From: a virus
Lineage: Duplodnaviria > Caudoviricetes
IMG/VR virus record: IMGVR_UViG_3300019889_000015
Location: 1 to 62,516 of that record
Length of the DNA: 62,516 bases
Reading direction: 5' to 3' (one strand)
Shown: one piece after another, positions 48,216 through 57,546 of the stretch
Layout of the letters: each line of letters opens with the position of its first letter
Numbering within the stretch: the stretch's first letter is position 1
Made by a program: the position numbers and the translations under genes
Notes under the pieces: generated by a model
Seen by the model: the letters and a program-made list of their open reading frames with translations, nothing else
What the model was told of the DNA's origin: nothing
Database searches by the model: none

Positions 48216-48841
48216 CCGCACCCATGGAGTTCGACCAGCCACGCGCCGCCGGGATCGGAGGCGGCGAGAAGATCGACTGGCCCGCCCGGATCGGGCAGCT
48301 CGTGCTCATCGAGCCGAAGTCGATCCAGCGCGGGGTGCAGACCGCCCAGGGTGACGCCGACGCGGTACAGGCCGACGTCGCGTTCATCCTCGGGCCGAAC
48401 GGCCAGCCCTACGAGGAGTTCCCGGACGCGCTCATCTTCACGACCGTGGTCTTCGCCCAGACCGAGAACGTGATCGGCGGGGTGGTGCTCGGCGTCGTGC
48501 AGCAGTACGTCGCCAAGTCCGGCCGGACCACCGTGCAGATCGGCCCGCACGAGGACATGCACAAGGTCGCAGCTCGGGCCTACGTCGCGGACCGGAACAC
48601 CCGGCGGACAGCCGGTGCGTTCGGCCAGCCCGGCGGGCAGGCTCCCCAGCAACAAGGGTGGGGCGCACCGCCTCCGCAGCAGCAGGCCCCGGTTCAGCAG
48701 GCCCCCCAGCAGCAGGCCCCGGCCCAGCAGGCATGGGGAGCCCCGCCGCCCCAACAGCAGACGCCTCCTCCGGCCCAGCAGCCGCCCGCCCAGGGTGGAT
48801 GGGGTGGCCAGCCTCCGGCCCAGGAAACCCCGCCGTTCTGA
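48212..48841 (+). CDS. ssDNA-binding / annealing-type protein
   Basis: Beta-rich core plus Gln/Pro/Gly tail ending ETPPF. Confidence 0.6.
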   Translation: MTAPMEFDQPRAAGIGGGEKIDWPARIGQLVLIEPKSIQRGVQTAQGDADAVQADVAFILGPNGQPYEEFPDALIFTTVVFAQTENVIGGVVLGVVQQYVAKSGRTTVQIGPHEDMHKVAARAYVADRNTRRTAGAFGQPGGQAPQQQGWGAPPPQQQAPVQQAPQQQAPAQQAWGAPPPQQQTPPPAQQPPAQGGWGGQPPAQETPPF

Positions 48842-49026
48842 TGAGGGTCTCGTTCAAGTACGTCGGCTTCGAGGACGAGATCGCCTTCGACGATGCCGTC
48901 ATCGAGATGCCGGGCGCTCCCCGTGTCGGCGAGCACGTCGTGCTGCACGACGTGTCCTACACGGTGAAGGTCGTCTATTGGGACCCGCACCACGCCGACC
49001 ACGACGTCATGGTCCGCCTGATCTAA
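48841..49026 (+). CDS. hypothetical protein
   Basis: PRVGEHV....Y.V..V.W motif. Confidence 0.55.
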   Translation: MRVSFKYVGFEDEIAFDDAVIEMPGAPRVGEHVVLHDVSYTVKVVYWDPHHADHDVMVRLI

Positions 49027-49113
49027 CCCCCAGCCTCGCCCCGCAGGTGGGCAGCCCGTTCGAGCCGGGCCGAGGCACGCAACCAGCACAAGATCAAAGG
49101 AGGGGGTGCCGTC

Positions 49114-49308
49114 ATGGCATATGAACGCGAGCCACGACCGATCGATCAGAGGCTCACCACTCCGTTCGCACAGTGTGGCGACTGTCTGTGGAGCCACGCC
49201 AGGGAGGAGCCGAACATCCGGGTGGCGGTCAAGAGACACGTCGCCGACACCGGCCACGTGGTCGACGTCATCCGGGAGACGATCATGGTGTGGGGGCTGG
49301 GCGAGTGA
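49114..49308 (+). CDS. C2H2-type small protein
   Basis: CGDC.W...H...TGH.V. Confidence 0.55.
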   Translation: MAYEREPRPIDQRLTTPFAQCGDCLWSHAREEPNIRVAVKRHVADTGHVVDVIRETIMVWGLGE

Positions 49309-49919
49309 AAGCGATCGAGACGGTCTACGCGGGGTGTCGATTCCGCAGCCGCCTGGAGGCCCGGTGGGCGGTGTTCTTCGACACGCTCGGCATGGAATGG
49401 CAGTACGAGCCGCAGGGGTTCGAGCTGGAGAACGGCACGCGGTACCTGCCGGACTTCTGGCTACCGGAGTGCAACACCTGGTTCGAGGTCAAGGGAGTCC
49501 CGCCGACCGATCGGGAGCAGGCGACCTTGATCCAGTTCGCTCGCGAGCTACCAGGACCAGGCATGCCCGAAGCCTGGTCAACCGACGGTCTACGGGCTTC
49601 CGAGTACCTCAAGGTCGCCGTGGGCGACATCCCGGAGCATCCGGCGTCGCTGACGTATGTGCCCAGGTCGCTCTGGACCCCCGGCTACATCTGGCGCGTC
49701 CTCGTAGAGGGTTCCTGGGTCAACATCGCGCCACGGTGCTGGCAGTGCTGCCCCAGCGATCACCGGTACGTCGGGTGGGGCTGGTGCTGGCGGTGCGCCA
49801 TCGGCGACGAGGAAGACGGTATGCAGGGGGCTCATGCCGCCCCCCGGCCCAGCATCCTGGCCGCTCACGGCGCCGCCAGATCCGCTCGGTTCGAGCACGG
49901 AGAGCGGGGCGCGCGATGA
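49305..49919 (+). CDS. PD-(D/E)XK endonuclease
   Basis: FRSRLEARWAVFFD...YEP...YLPDF...EVKG. Confidence 0.8.
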   Translation: MKAIETVYAGCRFRSRLEARWAVFFDTLGMEWQYEPQGFELENGTRYLPDFWLPECNTWFEVKGVPPTDREQATLIQFARELPGPGMPEAWSTDGLRASEYLKVAVGDIPEHPASLTYVPRSLWTPGYIWRVLVEGSWVNIAPRCWQCCPSDHRYVGWGWCWRCAIGDEEDGMQGAHAAPRPSILAAHGAARSARFEHGERGAR

Positions 49920-50515
49920 GCAAGGGATTCCACTCCCTCGATGCCGTGTGCGTGGCGGCTTATGCACGCGGCGACATGACCGAAGGCGAACGCCTGGAGG
50001 CTGTGCTGGATCAGCTCGACGACATCCTCGCCGACGACGAAGGCGTCACTGCGGCCCGAGCGAACATCGCTGGCGTCTCGGCGTGGTACGCCAGTCGCGG
50101 GATGCCGGTGTTCCCGCTGTCGGCCAACAGCAAGGTGCCGATGAAGGGCACCCACGGGTTGCTTGACGCCACCGTCGACCCGGCGATTGCCCGGCGCATG
50201 ATCCCGGACGGCTACCGGGCCAACCTCGCGGTGGCGACCGGCCACACGCACGACGTGATCGACGTCGACGGGCCAGAGGGGCATCACAGCGTCATCCGGC
50301 AACTCAAGGCCGACCCCGACTTCCCGCGCGTCTTCGGCATCGGACTGACGCCACGGGGGATGCACTTCTGGGTCGCGCCCACCGGACGCGGCAACACCAC
50401 GGCCATGCTGCCGAGCGTGGACTACCGGGGCATGGGCGGCTACGTGGTCGTTCCCCCATCCGTCGTCGACGACTCGCCGTACCGGTGGCTGATGCCGCCC
50501 GGGACGACGGCCTGA
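49916..50515 (+). CDS. bifunctional primase/polymerase (Prim-Pol) domain protein
   Basis: VFPL...KVP, DAT.D, IDVDG, TPRG.H and GGYVVVPPS motifs. Confidence 0.88.
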   Translation: MSKGFHSLDAVCVAAYARGDMTEGERLEAVLDQLDDILADDEGVTAARANIAGVSAWYASRGMPVFPLSANSKVPMKGTHGLLDATVDPAIARRMIPDGYRANLAVATGHTHDVIDVDGPEGHHSVIRQLKADPDFPRVFGIGLTPRGMHFWVAPTGRGNTTAMLPSVDYRGMGGYVVVPPSVVDDSPYRWLMPPGTTA

Positions 50516-52008
50516 TGGGGTTCTATGACCAGTGGGATGCCCGAAGTGGCGGCGAGGCCCGGTCCACGTCGCCACTGACCGACTCGTCGACCACTCCGTA
50601 TGGTGCGCGGGGGCTCGCCGACGAGCTGGCCCGGCTCCACCTGGCCCGGTCCGGGACACGTAACGACACCCTCAACGAGGTCGCGTTCGCGATCTTCCAG
50701 CTCGTGTACGCCGGGCATGTCGATCTTCGCGACGCCGAACAGGCGATCGGTACGGCCGGGCACGGGATCGGACTATCCGCGCAAGAGATCGCCAAGACAC
50801 TGGGCTCGGCTCGCGAGGGTGCCGCGCGCAAGCCCCGGACCAACGTCCCGGACCCATCCGAGACGGGCACACGGCCCCTGCTGCCGGACGTTCGCTGGGA
50901 TCCCGGCATGCCGGTGGTGCCGAAGCTCGTGGTGGGCGTCAGCGGACCACCAGAGCCGCTGGCGACTCCGGTCGTCGACGCCGATCTGGCCGAGGGACCC
51001 AGCCCCTATGACGCGCTCTACATCCCGCGCTCGGGGCTGGCCTCGCTGCCGCGTGGGGAACCCCTGATCGAGGACTGGATCGACCGGCACACCTACTTCG
51101 TGCTCGTCGGCCGGGACCAGACCTACAAGTCGTTCCTCGCGATCGACTGGCTGCTCTGCCTCGCGACCGGGCGCCCGTGGATGGGCAAAGACACGGTGCT
51201 GTCGCGGGTGCTGTACGTGATCGGCGAGGGCGCCTTCGGCCTCGACGACCGGGTGACGGCGTGGGAGCGGCGACGCAACGGCGGCAAGCAGGTCGACGAC
51301 GAGATGTTCACGACTCGGCGCGCTCCGGTCAATCTTTTCCGCCAAACGAGCGAGTTCTTCGACCTTTTGGAGCGAATCGAGCGCGAAAAGTACGAAGTCG
51401 TGGTCTTCGACACCCTCCAGCGCATGGCCCGTGGCGCGAACCAGGACAAGGCATCGGACGCCGCGATCGTCGTCGGGGCCGTGGATCTGGTCCGGGAGGC
51501 GTCCGGCGGCACGGTCGGGTTCGTCGCCCACTCGGGCAAGTCCGACGAGGATCTCCGGGGCTCGTCGGCGTACGAGGACGACGCCGACATCGTGGTCAGG
51601 ACCAAGCGCGACGAGGACGAAGAGGGCGTGCGCGTCACCCAGACAAAGCGCAAGGACGGCCCTGACGGAACCACGATGATCCTCTACCCCGAAAGGGTGG
51701 CCGGAACCGGCAGTTTGATCTTGTCACCGCACCAGGCGAAGCTGCCCGACAACCCCGACGCGCTCCGGAAGTGGGCCATCCCATTCATGAAAGAACTGGC
51801 TCGGATATCAGTGGGAGAGACCGGTCTCAATAGAAACGACCTGCTCACACGGACCGGTTGTTCGGGCAGAGGGACCGCTGACAACACCCTAGATGACCTG
51901 ATTTCTACTGGGTTTGTCCTGAAATTAGGGACCGTTTCGCGTCCGCGCTATGTGATCACCAATCTCGGACGGACCGTTTTGGAAGACGTGGGGGTGGAAA
52001 CGCGATGA
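50515..52008 (+). CDS. AAA (RepA/AAA_25-like) replicative helicase
   Basis: GTRNDTLN N-domain, Walker A variant GRDQTYKS, VVFDT, HSGK...RGSSA. Confidence 0.85.
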   Translation: MGFYDQWDARSGGEARSTSPLTDSSTTPYGARGLADELARLHLARSGTRNDTLNEVAFAIFQLVYAGHVDLRDAEQAIGTAGHGIGLSAQEIAKTLGSAREGAARKPRTNVPDPSETGTRPLLPDVRWDPGMPVVPKLVVGVSGPPEPLATPVVDADLAEGPSPYDALYIPRSGLASLPRGEPLIEDWIDRHTYFVLVGRDQTYKSFLAIDWLLCLATGRPWMGKDTVLSRVLYVIGEGAFGLDDRVTAWERRRNGGKQVDDEMFTTRRAPVNLFRQTSEFFDLLERIEREKYEVVVFDTLQRMARGANQDKASDAAIVVGAVDLVREASGGTVGFVAHSGKSDEDLRGSSAYEDDADIVVRTKRDEDEEGVRVTQTKRKDGPDGTTMILYPERVAGTGSLILSPHQAKLPDNPDALRKWAIPFMKELARISVGETGLNRNDLLTRTGCSGRGTADNTLDDLISTGFVLKLGTVSRPRYVITNLGRTVLEDVGVETR

Positions 52009-52038
52009 CCAGCAATTACATAGTGCATTCCTCGAAAA

Positions 52039-52113
52039 GGGACCGGTTGGGACCGGTGAGGGACCGGTTGGGACCGGTCGGACCCCCTTTAGGGAACCGA
52101 GGGGGGTCCGACC
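52039..52113. repeat. GGGACCGGT x4 iterons plus inverted repeat; candidate replication origin
   Basis: Copies at 52039, 52049, 52060, 52070; ggtcggaccccc / gggggtccgacc. Confidence 0.6.
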
Positions 52114-52159
52114 TACCGGGCTCCGTTCGGCTTGCATCAAACCGATTCGGAGGATTAGC

Positions 52160-52915
52160 GTGACGACCGATGAGCCCACGAAGCTCCTGTGCCAGTCGAC
52201 GAACTGCCGCCCCACCGACCGTGGTGGCCCGAGGGAAGTCGAACCGTCCCGGCCGCTCTGCCGGAACTGCGCCGACTGGTTCGGCCGGAACCTGACGCAG
52301 ATCGCCGAGATGCTGCCGGACCTCCGTGGCCGGTTGGGCGTCGAGGGCAAGGCGGGCGAGAAGCTCACCGGGACGAAGCTGCCGGGCATCGTGATCAACG
52401 AGGAAGTGTCCGACCTCCTGGCCGAGCTGACCGAGTGGGCGCGCTACCTGGCCAAGCAGGTTCGCCGGTACCACAAGCTCACCCAGCCGCCGCAGTCGTT
52501 CGACGTCGACACCCTCCTGGTGTGGCTGGCCAAATACCACGCCTGGCGCCTGGCCCACCACGACGACCGCGAGCTGGCCGTGTACGTGGTCGACTGCGCG
52601 GCCTGGTACCGGTCGGAGATCCAGCGGATGGCCTACCCGTCAGGCTCCCGGCGCTTCGACATCCCCGGCGGTGTGTGCCGCGTGATGGTGGTCCCCGACG
52701 ACGCGATCGACGGACATCCCGGCTACCCGTGCGTTGGTCAGCTCTACGCCATCGTCCGTGACGGGGCGTCGTTGCTGCCTTCGGAGATCGTCTGCGACAG
52801 GAACGCCGACCACCGGATACCCTCTGGTCAGTGGGTTCAGTACGCGCGACAACTGGAAAAGGCGGGTCATGCCAGCGGTAGCGATTCTGGAGCGGGAGTT
52901 CCTGACGGCGGCTGA
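52160..52915 (+). CDS. zinc-finger protein, putative late transcription regulator
   Basis: LCRNC and further Cys; position between replication and late genes. Confidence 0.55.
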   Translation: MTTDEPTKLLCQSTNCRPTDRGGPREVEPSRPLCRNCADWFGRNLTQIAEMLPDLRGRLGVEGKAGEKLTGTKLPGIVINEEVSDLLAELTEWARYLAKQVRRYHKLTQPPQSFDVDTLLVWLAKYHAWRLAHHDDRELAVYVVDCAAWYRSEIQRMAYPSGSRRFDIPGGVCRVMVVPDDAIDGHPGYPCVGQLYAIVRDGASLLPSEIVCDRNADHRIPSGQWVQYARQLEKAGHASGSDSGAGVPDGG

Positions 52916-53042
52916 AATTGCGGACATAACGGGATGGACTCTCCCGTATATCTACAATTTGGCCTCGGCCGAGGGATGGTCGAGGACCAGATCCCGTCCG
53001 GTTCGATACAATCCCCGGTGTGTTGTTCGGAGTTGTGCTTGA
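52869..53042 (+). CDS. small HTH protein
   Basis: LTAAEIADITGW....IYNLAS..GW. Confidence 0.6.
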   Translation: MPAVAILEREFLTAAEIADITGWTLPYIYNLASAEGWSRTRSRPVRYNPRCVVRSCA

Positions 53043-53068
53043 CAGCTTTGACCAGGCCATGTGATATT
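53039..53068 (+). promoter_or_regulatory. late promoter candidate
   Basis: TTGACA-N18-GATATT with TGn extension. Confidence 0.5.
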
Positions 53069-53219
53069 AGCTCTGATGGTGGGGGGATTACACCCAGTCA
53101 CCGTCTCCGAAGCCTCCGGCGCTCGTGATTTCATCCCCGTGATCATGAGTTCTTCGGGGGCTTCGCCATGTCCGGGATTCCCTCACTCTCCGCGTCCCCC
53201 CGACCCTCCTGGAGCCCCT

Positions 53220-54137
53220 GTGCGCGTGCTGAACATTCCCGGCGGGGCCGACACGGGCGGCAACGGGTGGCGGACCAAGGATGCGTTCGACAGGTACCTC
53301 CCCGAGTGGACGTACAACCTGTGCGTCTCCAGCCCCAAGTACATGCTCTACCCGGTCGACCGGCCGTGGAGCGAGGCCCGGCAGCTCTGGGAAGCCGCCG
53401 ACGTCGTTCACGTCCGCAACAACTACGAGATCGAGCGGGTCCTGGGCGTGCAGCCCCGGCCCACCGTGATCCAGCACCACGGCACCCACTTCCGCACCGA
53501 GCACAACCAGCTCCGGCGGATAGCGGCGGCCCGTCGCTCGATCCAGATCGCCTCGACGCTTGACCTTTGGCTGATCGCCCCCGACGAGACCGAGTGGCTT
53601 CCGTCCCCGTACGACCTCGACTGGCTCCACGGCTTCCGCCTGCCGGACGAGGTACGCCCCGACGACGGCGTGTTCCGCATCGCCCACGCGCCCACCGATC
53701 GGCGAGTGAAGTCGACCGAACGGTTGATCGCCGCCGTCGAACGGCTGAGGAACTACGTGCCCGTCGAGCTGGACCTGATCGAGAACGCCTCGTGGCAGGA
53801 CTGCCTGCGGCGCAAGGGCCGGGCCGACGTCTACTTCGATCAGGTGATCCTGGGCTACGGCAACAACGCGATCGAGTCCTGGGGTATGGGCGTCCCCGTC
53901 ATCGCCGGGGCCGCCGACGCCACACTCGACGAGATGACGCGCCGGTTCGGCTCGCTGCCGTTCTACCCGGCCGACCAGACCACGATCTTTGACGCACTGA
54001 TGGCCCTCGCCGATCCTGAGACGAGGGCCACCTGGGCGAAGCGGGGCGAGGAGCACGTGTGGGAATTCCACGACGAGGCCGCCGTGGTCCCCCAGCTCCA
54101 GGACATGTACCAGCGGGCGTACGACGCCGGGGCTTAG
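53220..54137 (+). CDS. GT-B glycosyltransferase
   Basis: IAHAPT.R..KST, ADVYFDQ...GYG..AIESW.MG.PVI motifs; GGAG RBS. Confidence 0.8.
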   Translation: MRVLNIPGGADTGGNGWRTKDAFDRYLPEWTYNLCVSSPKYMLYPVDRPWSEARQLWEAADVVHVRNNYEIERVLGVQPRPTVIQHHGTHFRTEHNQLRRIAAARRSIQIASTLDLWLIAPDETEWLPSPYDLDWLHGFRLPDEVRPDDGVFRIAHAPTDRRVKSTERLIAAVERLRNYVPVELDLIENASWQDCLRRKGRADVYFDQVILGYGNNAIESWGMGVPVIAGAADATLDEMTRRFGSLPFYPADQTTIFDALMALADPETRATWAKRGEEHVWEFHDEAAVVPQLQDMYQRAYDAGA

Positions 54138-54280
54138 CTGGCGGGCCGGTTGAAATCCTCGTGCCGCCCGGAGCCGTTGCAGATCCTCCCTCTGGGGCGC
54201 GTGGAGTGCTGGGCGAGGAACCCGTTGGGGTCCACGCGTACGCCCTCCCGGCCGCACTCGTGGCATGTCGTGATCTTCAT
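54134..54280 (-). CDS. small Cys/His protein (48 aa)
   Basis: Hand translation CHEC...H...CNGSG. Confidence 0.5.
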   Translation of the reverse strand: MKITTCHECGREGVRVDPNGFLAQHSTRPRGRICNGSGRHEDFNRPAS

Positions 54281-54456
54281 GTCCGCCTCTCCCTCTCCAG
54301 CCGCAGCAGGATCTCCAGCGCGCCAGAGGCCTCGCGGATCAGCTTGGCCAGTTCCTCGGTTCCCAGCTCGATGTTGGCTATGCGGCCACCGGTGCCGACA
54401 TGTTGCGAGACGCGGCTACTCAGCTCGGCCCGAGTGACGCATTCCTTTTCCGGCAT
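54277..54456 (-). CDS. hypothetical protein (59 aa)
   Basis: Hand translation; ATGA overlap. Confidence 0.45.
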   Translation of the reverse strand: MPEKECVTRAELSSRVSQHVGTGGRIANIELGTEELAKLIREASGALEILLRLERERRT

Positions 54457-54465
54457 TTGCCCCCC

Positions 54466-54684
54466 CTAGAGTTTCCGGCCGGTACCCCGGCTTGCTCGAA
54501 GTCGATCTTCTAGATCGTCACACCCGGCGTCGTTGCCGACCGGGCCGTACTGATTGACGAGCAGGAACCACGGGCACCGATACCCGTCGTCCTGCCGCGT
54601 CCAGAGCTTGCGACCTCGCGCCCACAACTCGCCCTCCTGGTCCCGGACGACGGCGTACATGCGCTTCGGCTCGTCCATGATCAT
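54466..54684 (-). CDS. hypothetical protein
   Basis: VRD.EG..W.R...W...W..L...YGP motif. Confidence 0.6.
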   Translation of the reverse strand: MIMDEPKRMYAVVRDQEGELWARGRKLWTRQDDGYRCPWFLLVNQYGPVGNDAGCDDLEDRLRASRGTGRKL

Positions 54685-54716
54685 TCCTCTCTAGGCCAGT
54701 GTCAGCCAGAACCAGA

Positions 54717-54935
54717 TCATGCGGTGGTCTCCAGCTCGAACCGGCTCGCATGCCATGGCCCTGGCTCTGCTGCCCCGTCGAACTGGACAGTCACCCAGCG
54801 GTGGTTTTCAGAGTCCACGGTCACGGTGCCGATGGTCCCGACCGGGAACGGGAGGACCCGCGCCCTGGTCGGTAGCACGCTCGGCAACGTGTTGTTGATC
54901 AACCGCACGCGGTCACCCTTTTTGAACATTTTCAT
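54717..54935 (-). CDS. SH3-like small protein
   Basis: FKKGDRVRL...GTIGTV...V.FD. Confidence 0.6.
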   Translation of the reverse strand: MKMFKKGDRVRLINNTLPSVLPTRARVLPFPVGTIGTVTVDSENHRWVTVQFDGAAEPGPWHASRFELETTA

Positions 54936-55170
54936 CGCCGGTCACCCTCTTTCGCGGCTCCTCGATCCTGTGGGTCTCCAGGTATCGGCGAGCGGCCCTG
55001 TAGTCCTCGTGACGGGGGGGATCGGTCAGCTCCAGCACACGGTCCACGAACGCTTGCCACTGCGACTGACTGAGGAATATGTAAGCCGTGGGGGACGGTT
55101 TACGCGCCCTCTTGAAGATGTGTTCGCGGGCGATGATGTCGATGGCCTCGGCGAGACGATTGTCGGCCAT
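54913..55170 (-). CDS. hypothetical protein
   Basis: TGATG coupling; MADNRL N-terminus. Confidence 0.55.
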   Translation of the reverse strand: MADNRLAEAIDIIAREHIFKRARKPSPTAYIFLSQSQWQAFVDRVLELTDPPRHEDYRAARRYLETHRIEEPRKRVTGDENVQKG

Positions 55171-55508
55171 CAGGGCCAGATCCAGTCGACTCGAACCCAG
55201 TTGAACCTGTCAGGTTGCAACATCCTCACCGTGGCATAGGCCATAGCGTCGGTGACCGTCTGCATCAGCAGTTGTCGTTGGTCATCGGCCTGTTGCCATG
55301 CCGACGACGTGATCGTGAATCGTCGGGTGTGTTCAGGCATCGGCCGGAGTGGGATCACCCCGGCCACGACCTCGATGATGAGGCGCGCACCGTCGGCTTG
55401 CGGGGGCTGGCTTGCGGCCTGCGTTTGCTGGATCGCATCGATCAATTCCTGGGGCATCGGCATCTCGTAGCTACCGGGCGGCAGGATGTTGCTGGGCTCG
55501 TTGGTCAT
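55170..55508 (-). CDS. hypothetical protein, paralogue of 28816-29058
   Basis: Visible alignment; GAGGAG RBS. Confidence 0.65.
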   Translation of the reverse strand: MTNEPSNILPPGSYEMPMPQELIDAIQQTQAASQPPQADGARLIIEVVAGVIPLRPMPEHTRRFTITSSAWQQADDQRQLLMQTVTDAMAYATVRMLQPDRFNWVRVDWIWP

Positions 55509-55816
55509 GAATTCTCCTCTGGCGCGGGGAACGCCGGGACGGGCTGCGCTAGGGCGGCGTCGGCAATCGCCTTGAGTAGGTTCTGCTCGTTGAACACCGC
55601 CGTGCGGACGGTCTTCCCGGTCTCCTTGTCCTTGATCCAGAGCTTTATCCCCAGGGGGATGATCCGTACCCAGGTCAGCTCATACTTGTCGCTCTCGCCC
55701 GAGGCGAGAACCTGCGTCAGGTTCATCGGCGAGTAGCCCTCGTGGATCTCTAGCGGCAGGCCCGGCAGGGTGACCGTGGTTGGTTCCGGGTGGGTGTGCG
55801 ACTCAGTGATCTTCAT
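55505..55816 (-). CDS. hypothetical protein
   Basis: AGAGGA RBS. Confidence 0.6.
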   Translation of the reverse strand: MKITESHTHPEPTTVTLPGLPLEIHEGYSPMNLTQVLASGESDKYELTWVRIIPLGIKLWIKDKETGKTVRTAVFNEQNLLKAIADAALAQPVPAFPAPEENS

Positions 55817-55828
55817 CGTTTTTCCTCT

Positions 55829-56068
55829 CTAGGCCAGTGCAGCGGACATCGACCAGAAACTGACGAACAAGATCACGACCGAACCCCCGGCCGGACCGTA
55901 GACCGGGATCTTGGCGTGCCACCCCTCGCGGCCCCAGACGGCCACTGGGATGACCAGACAGAGCCCCATGGCAGCCAGTCCCGCGAGGATGCCCACGGCG
56001 CTCCCACGGGGCGCCAGACGCGGCACGAAGGCCAGCACGAGCGCCGCGACGACCATCGCGCGGATCAC
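55829..56068 (-). CDS. three-TM membrane protein
   Basis: Hydrophobic throughout. Confidence 0.55.
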   Translation of the reverse strand: MIRAMVVAALVLAFVPRLAPRGSAVGILAGLAAMGLCLVIPVAVWGREGWHAKIPVYGPAGGSVVILFVSFWSMSAALA

Positions 56069-56484
56069 TGGCGCGTCTCCCGGTCGGCCTTGGCGCGACG
56101 GATGCGGGCCGAATACGCCTCGCGCGTCTGGTCGGCTATAGCCGTCAGGATCTTGTCGGTCATTTCCCCCAGGTGATCACGGTCGTCGTGGTCGACGGGG
56201 GTAGCGCCCTGCCCCAGCTCGCCTTCCCGGTGGGCGTGACGCTCCGGCACGGTCAGCGACGCCAACGGGCTGCCGTCCTCCCTGAGTCGGTTACGGGTCG
56301 TCGCGCGGAACGCGGGAACAGTGAACGTCCCCAGACTGTCCGACAGCTCGCGCGCCCTCTGCAAGATCATGTCCGGGATCATCCCGATCACGTCGTCTTC
56401 TACCTCGGCCGGGTCTAGCCCGTACTCATTGGCCCACGCTTTCAGGTCGACATCGACACGTAGTGTCAGGGTCAATCTGGCCAT
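56065..56484 (-). CDS. cassette gene, hypothetical
   Basis: ATG directly follows element copy 1. Confidence 0.7.
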   Translation of the reverse strand: MARLTLTLRVDVDLKAWANEYGLDPAEVEDDVIGMIPDMILQRARELSDSLGTFTVPAFRATTRNRLREDGSPLASLTVPERHAHREGELGQGATPVDHDDRDHLGEMTDKILTAIADQTREAYSARIRRAKADRETRQ

Positions 56485-56574
56485 GATCGTTCTCCTCGCT
56501 CGGTTGTGAGGTCGTCCGGTCGGACGTGGCACGCGACAGCTCCCCGGCGGCTGTCACGCACCATGCGCGACCGG
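56485..56574 (-). repeat. intergenic structured element, copy 1
   Basis: Long stem plus cgtcc-GACC-ggacg hairpin plus CAACCGAGCGAGGAGAACGATC. Confidence 0.9.
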
Positions 56575-56814
56575 TCAGCGCCCGGACCCTACCGGGGTCA
56601 CCCGGATGATCTTGTCCCCCCGCGTCGTGATCTCGACGGGCACGCCGATGTTCTCGGAGTTGGTGATGCCGTAATTCACGGCCCCGTCCGCATCGGTCAG
56701 CATCGAACCGATGTCGCCCGCGAAGAACACCTGGTGTCGCGGGTTGCCGTTGTTGGTGTTCGCCCCGACGCGTTCCACGCTCGCGATGGTGGCGACGAAA
56801 GTGTGCTTGGTCAT
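56575..56814 (-). CDS. cassette gene, hypothetical
   Basis: NTNNGNPR motif; stop abuts element. Confidence 0.7.
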   Translation of the reverse strand: MTKHTFVATIASVERVGANTNNGNPRHQVFFAGDIGSMLTDADGAVNYGITNSENIGVPVEITTRGDKIIRVTPVGSGR

Positions 56815-57149
56815 GATCGTTTGCTCCTGTTCACTCTGATGTACTCCCACGTGCCGTCCCATGTACCGTCGTCCCACGACTCGCCGACTGGTCCCCAGCC
56901 GTGCTCGCGCAGCAGGCGTAGGACCAGCTCCCGGCCCGGCCCGGTGTCGAGGTTCGGGCACTGGTACTCGGGTTCCAGGTCGGTCTGGTCGTGCTCGTCG
57001 TCGAAATAGTTCGCGTCGAACACGTCGACCTGGGAGCCCTCATCATCGACGACATGGACCGGCACCGAGTAGCAGAATCGGCCGTTGACGTGTCCGACTG
57101 CCGCTTCACCGCCCGGCCCGTCAACGTTGTTCAGTTTCGCCGTGAACAT
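56811..57149 (-). CDS. acidic hypothetical protein
   Basis: GGAGGGG RBS. Confidence 0.55.
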   Translation of the reverse strand: MFTAKLNNVDGPGGEAAVGHVNGRFCYSVPVHVVDDEGSQVDVFDANYFDDEHDQTDLEPEYQCPNLDTGPGRELVLRLLREHGWGPVGESWDDGTWDGTWEYIRVNRSKRS

Positions 57150-57546
57150 GGCCCCTCCCCCCGGTCTTCTTGGTCTTCTTGGCAGGCTTGCGCGGTGTGC
57201 CCAGCCATGCGGATACCGTGCGCCAGTCGCGCCCGACAAGGCGCGCGGCAGCGAGCTTGGACGCTCCTTGGGCGATTTCCATGGTGACGATCTGCCGTAG
57301 TCCGGCCAGTGCCTCGGCTTCGGCCTGACGGGCTTGGGCGAGCTTGAGATTCAGCCGTGCGACCTCCCGGTCGCGCTCCCCGGCGAGATGCTTATACGCC
57401 GCTATGCGCGCGTCGGTGCGCTCCCCGTCCCGGTCGGCCGGGTACCGCTCGTTGATCTCGTCGAACAGGACGGCCAGCTCTCGCGCCCGCTCGTCGGGCA
57501 CGTCTTCGTCGAGCCACATACGGATCTCGTCGAGACTCGTCGCCAT
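57121..57546 (-). CDS. C-terminal HTH protein
   Basis: GASKLAAARLVGRDWRTVSAWLG; preceded by a truncated element (57547-57574). Confidence 0.7.
   Translation of the reverse strand: MATSLDEIRMWLDEDVPDERARELAVLFDEINERYPADRDGERTDARIAAYKHLAGERDREVARLNLKLAQARQAEAEALAGLRQIVTMEIAQGASKLAAARLVGRDWRTVSAWLGTPRKPAKKTKKTGGRGHVHGETEQR

Noticed and set aside
51109-51132. Inactive helicase because Walker A reads GRDQTYKS
   Set aside because: The Lys-Ser, Walker B and RGSS motifs are intact; the variant alone is not evidence of inactivation.
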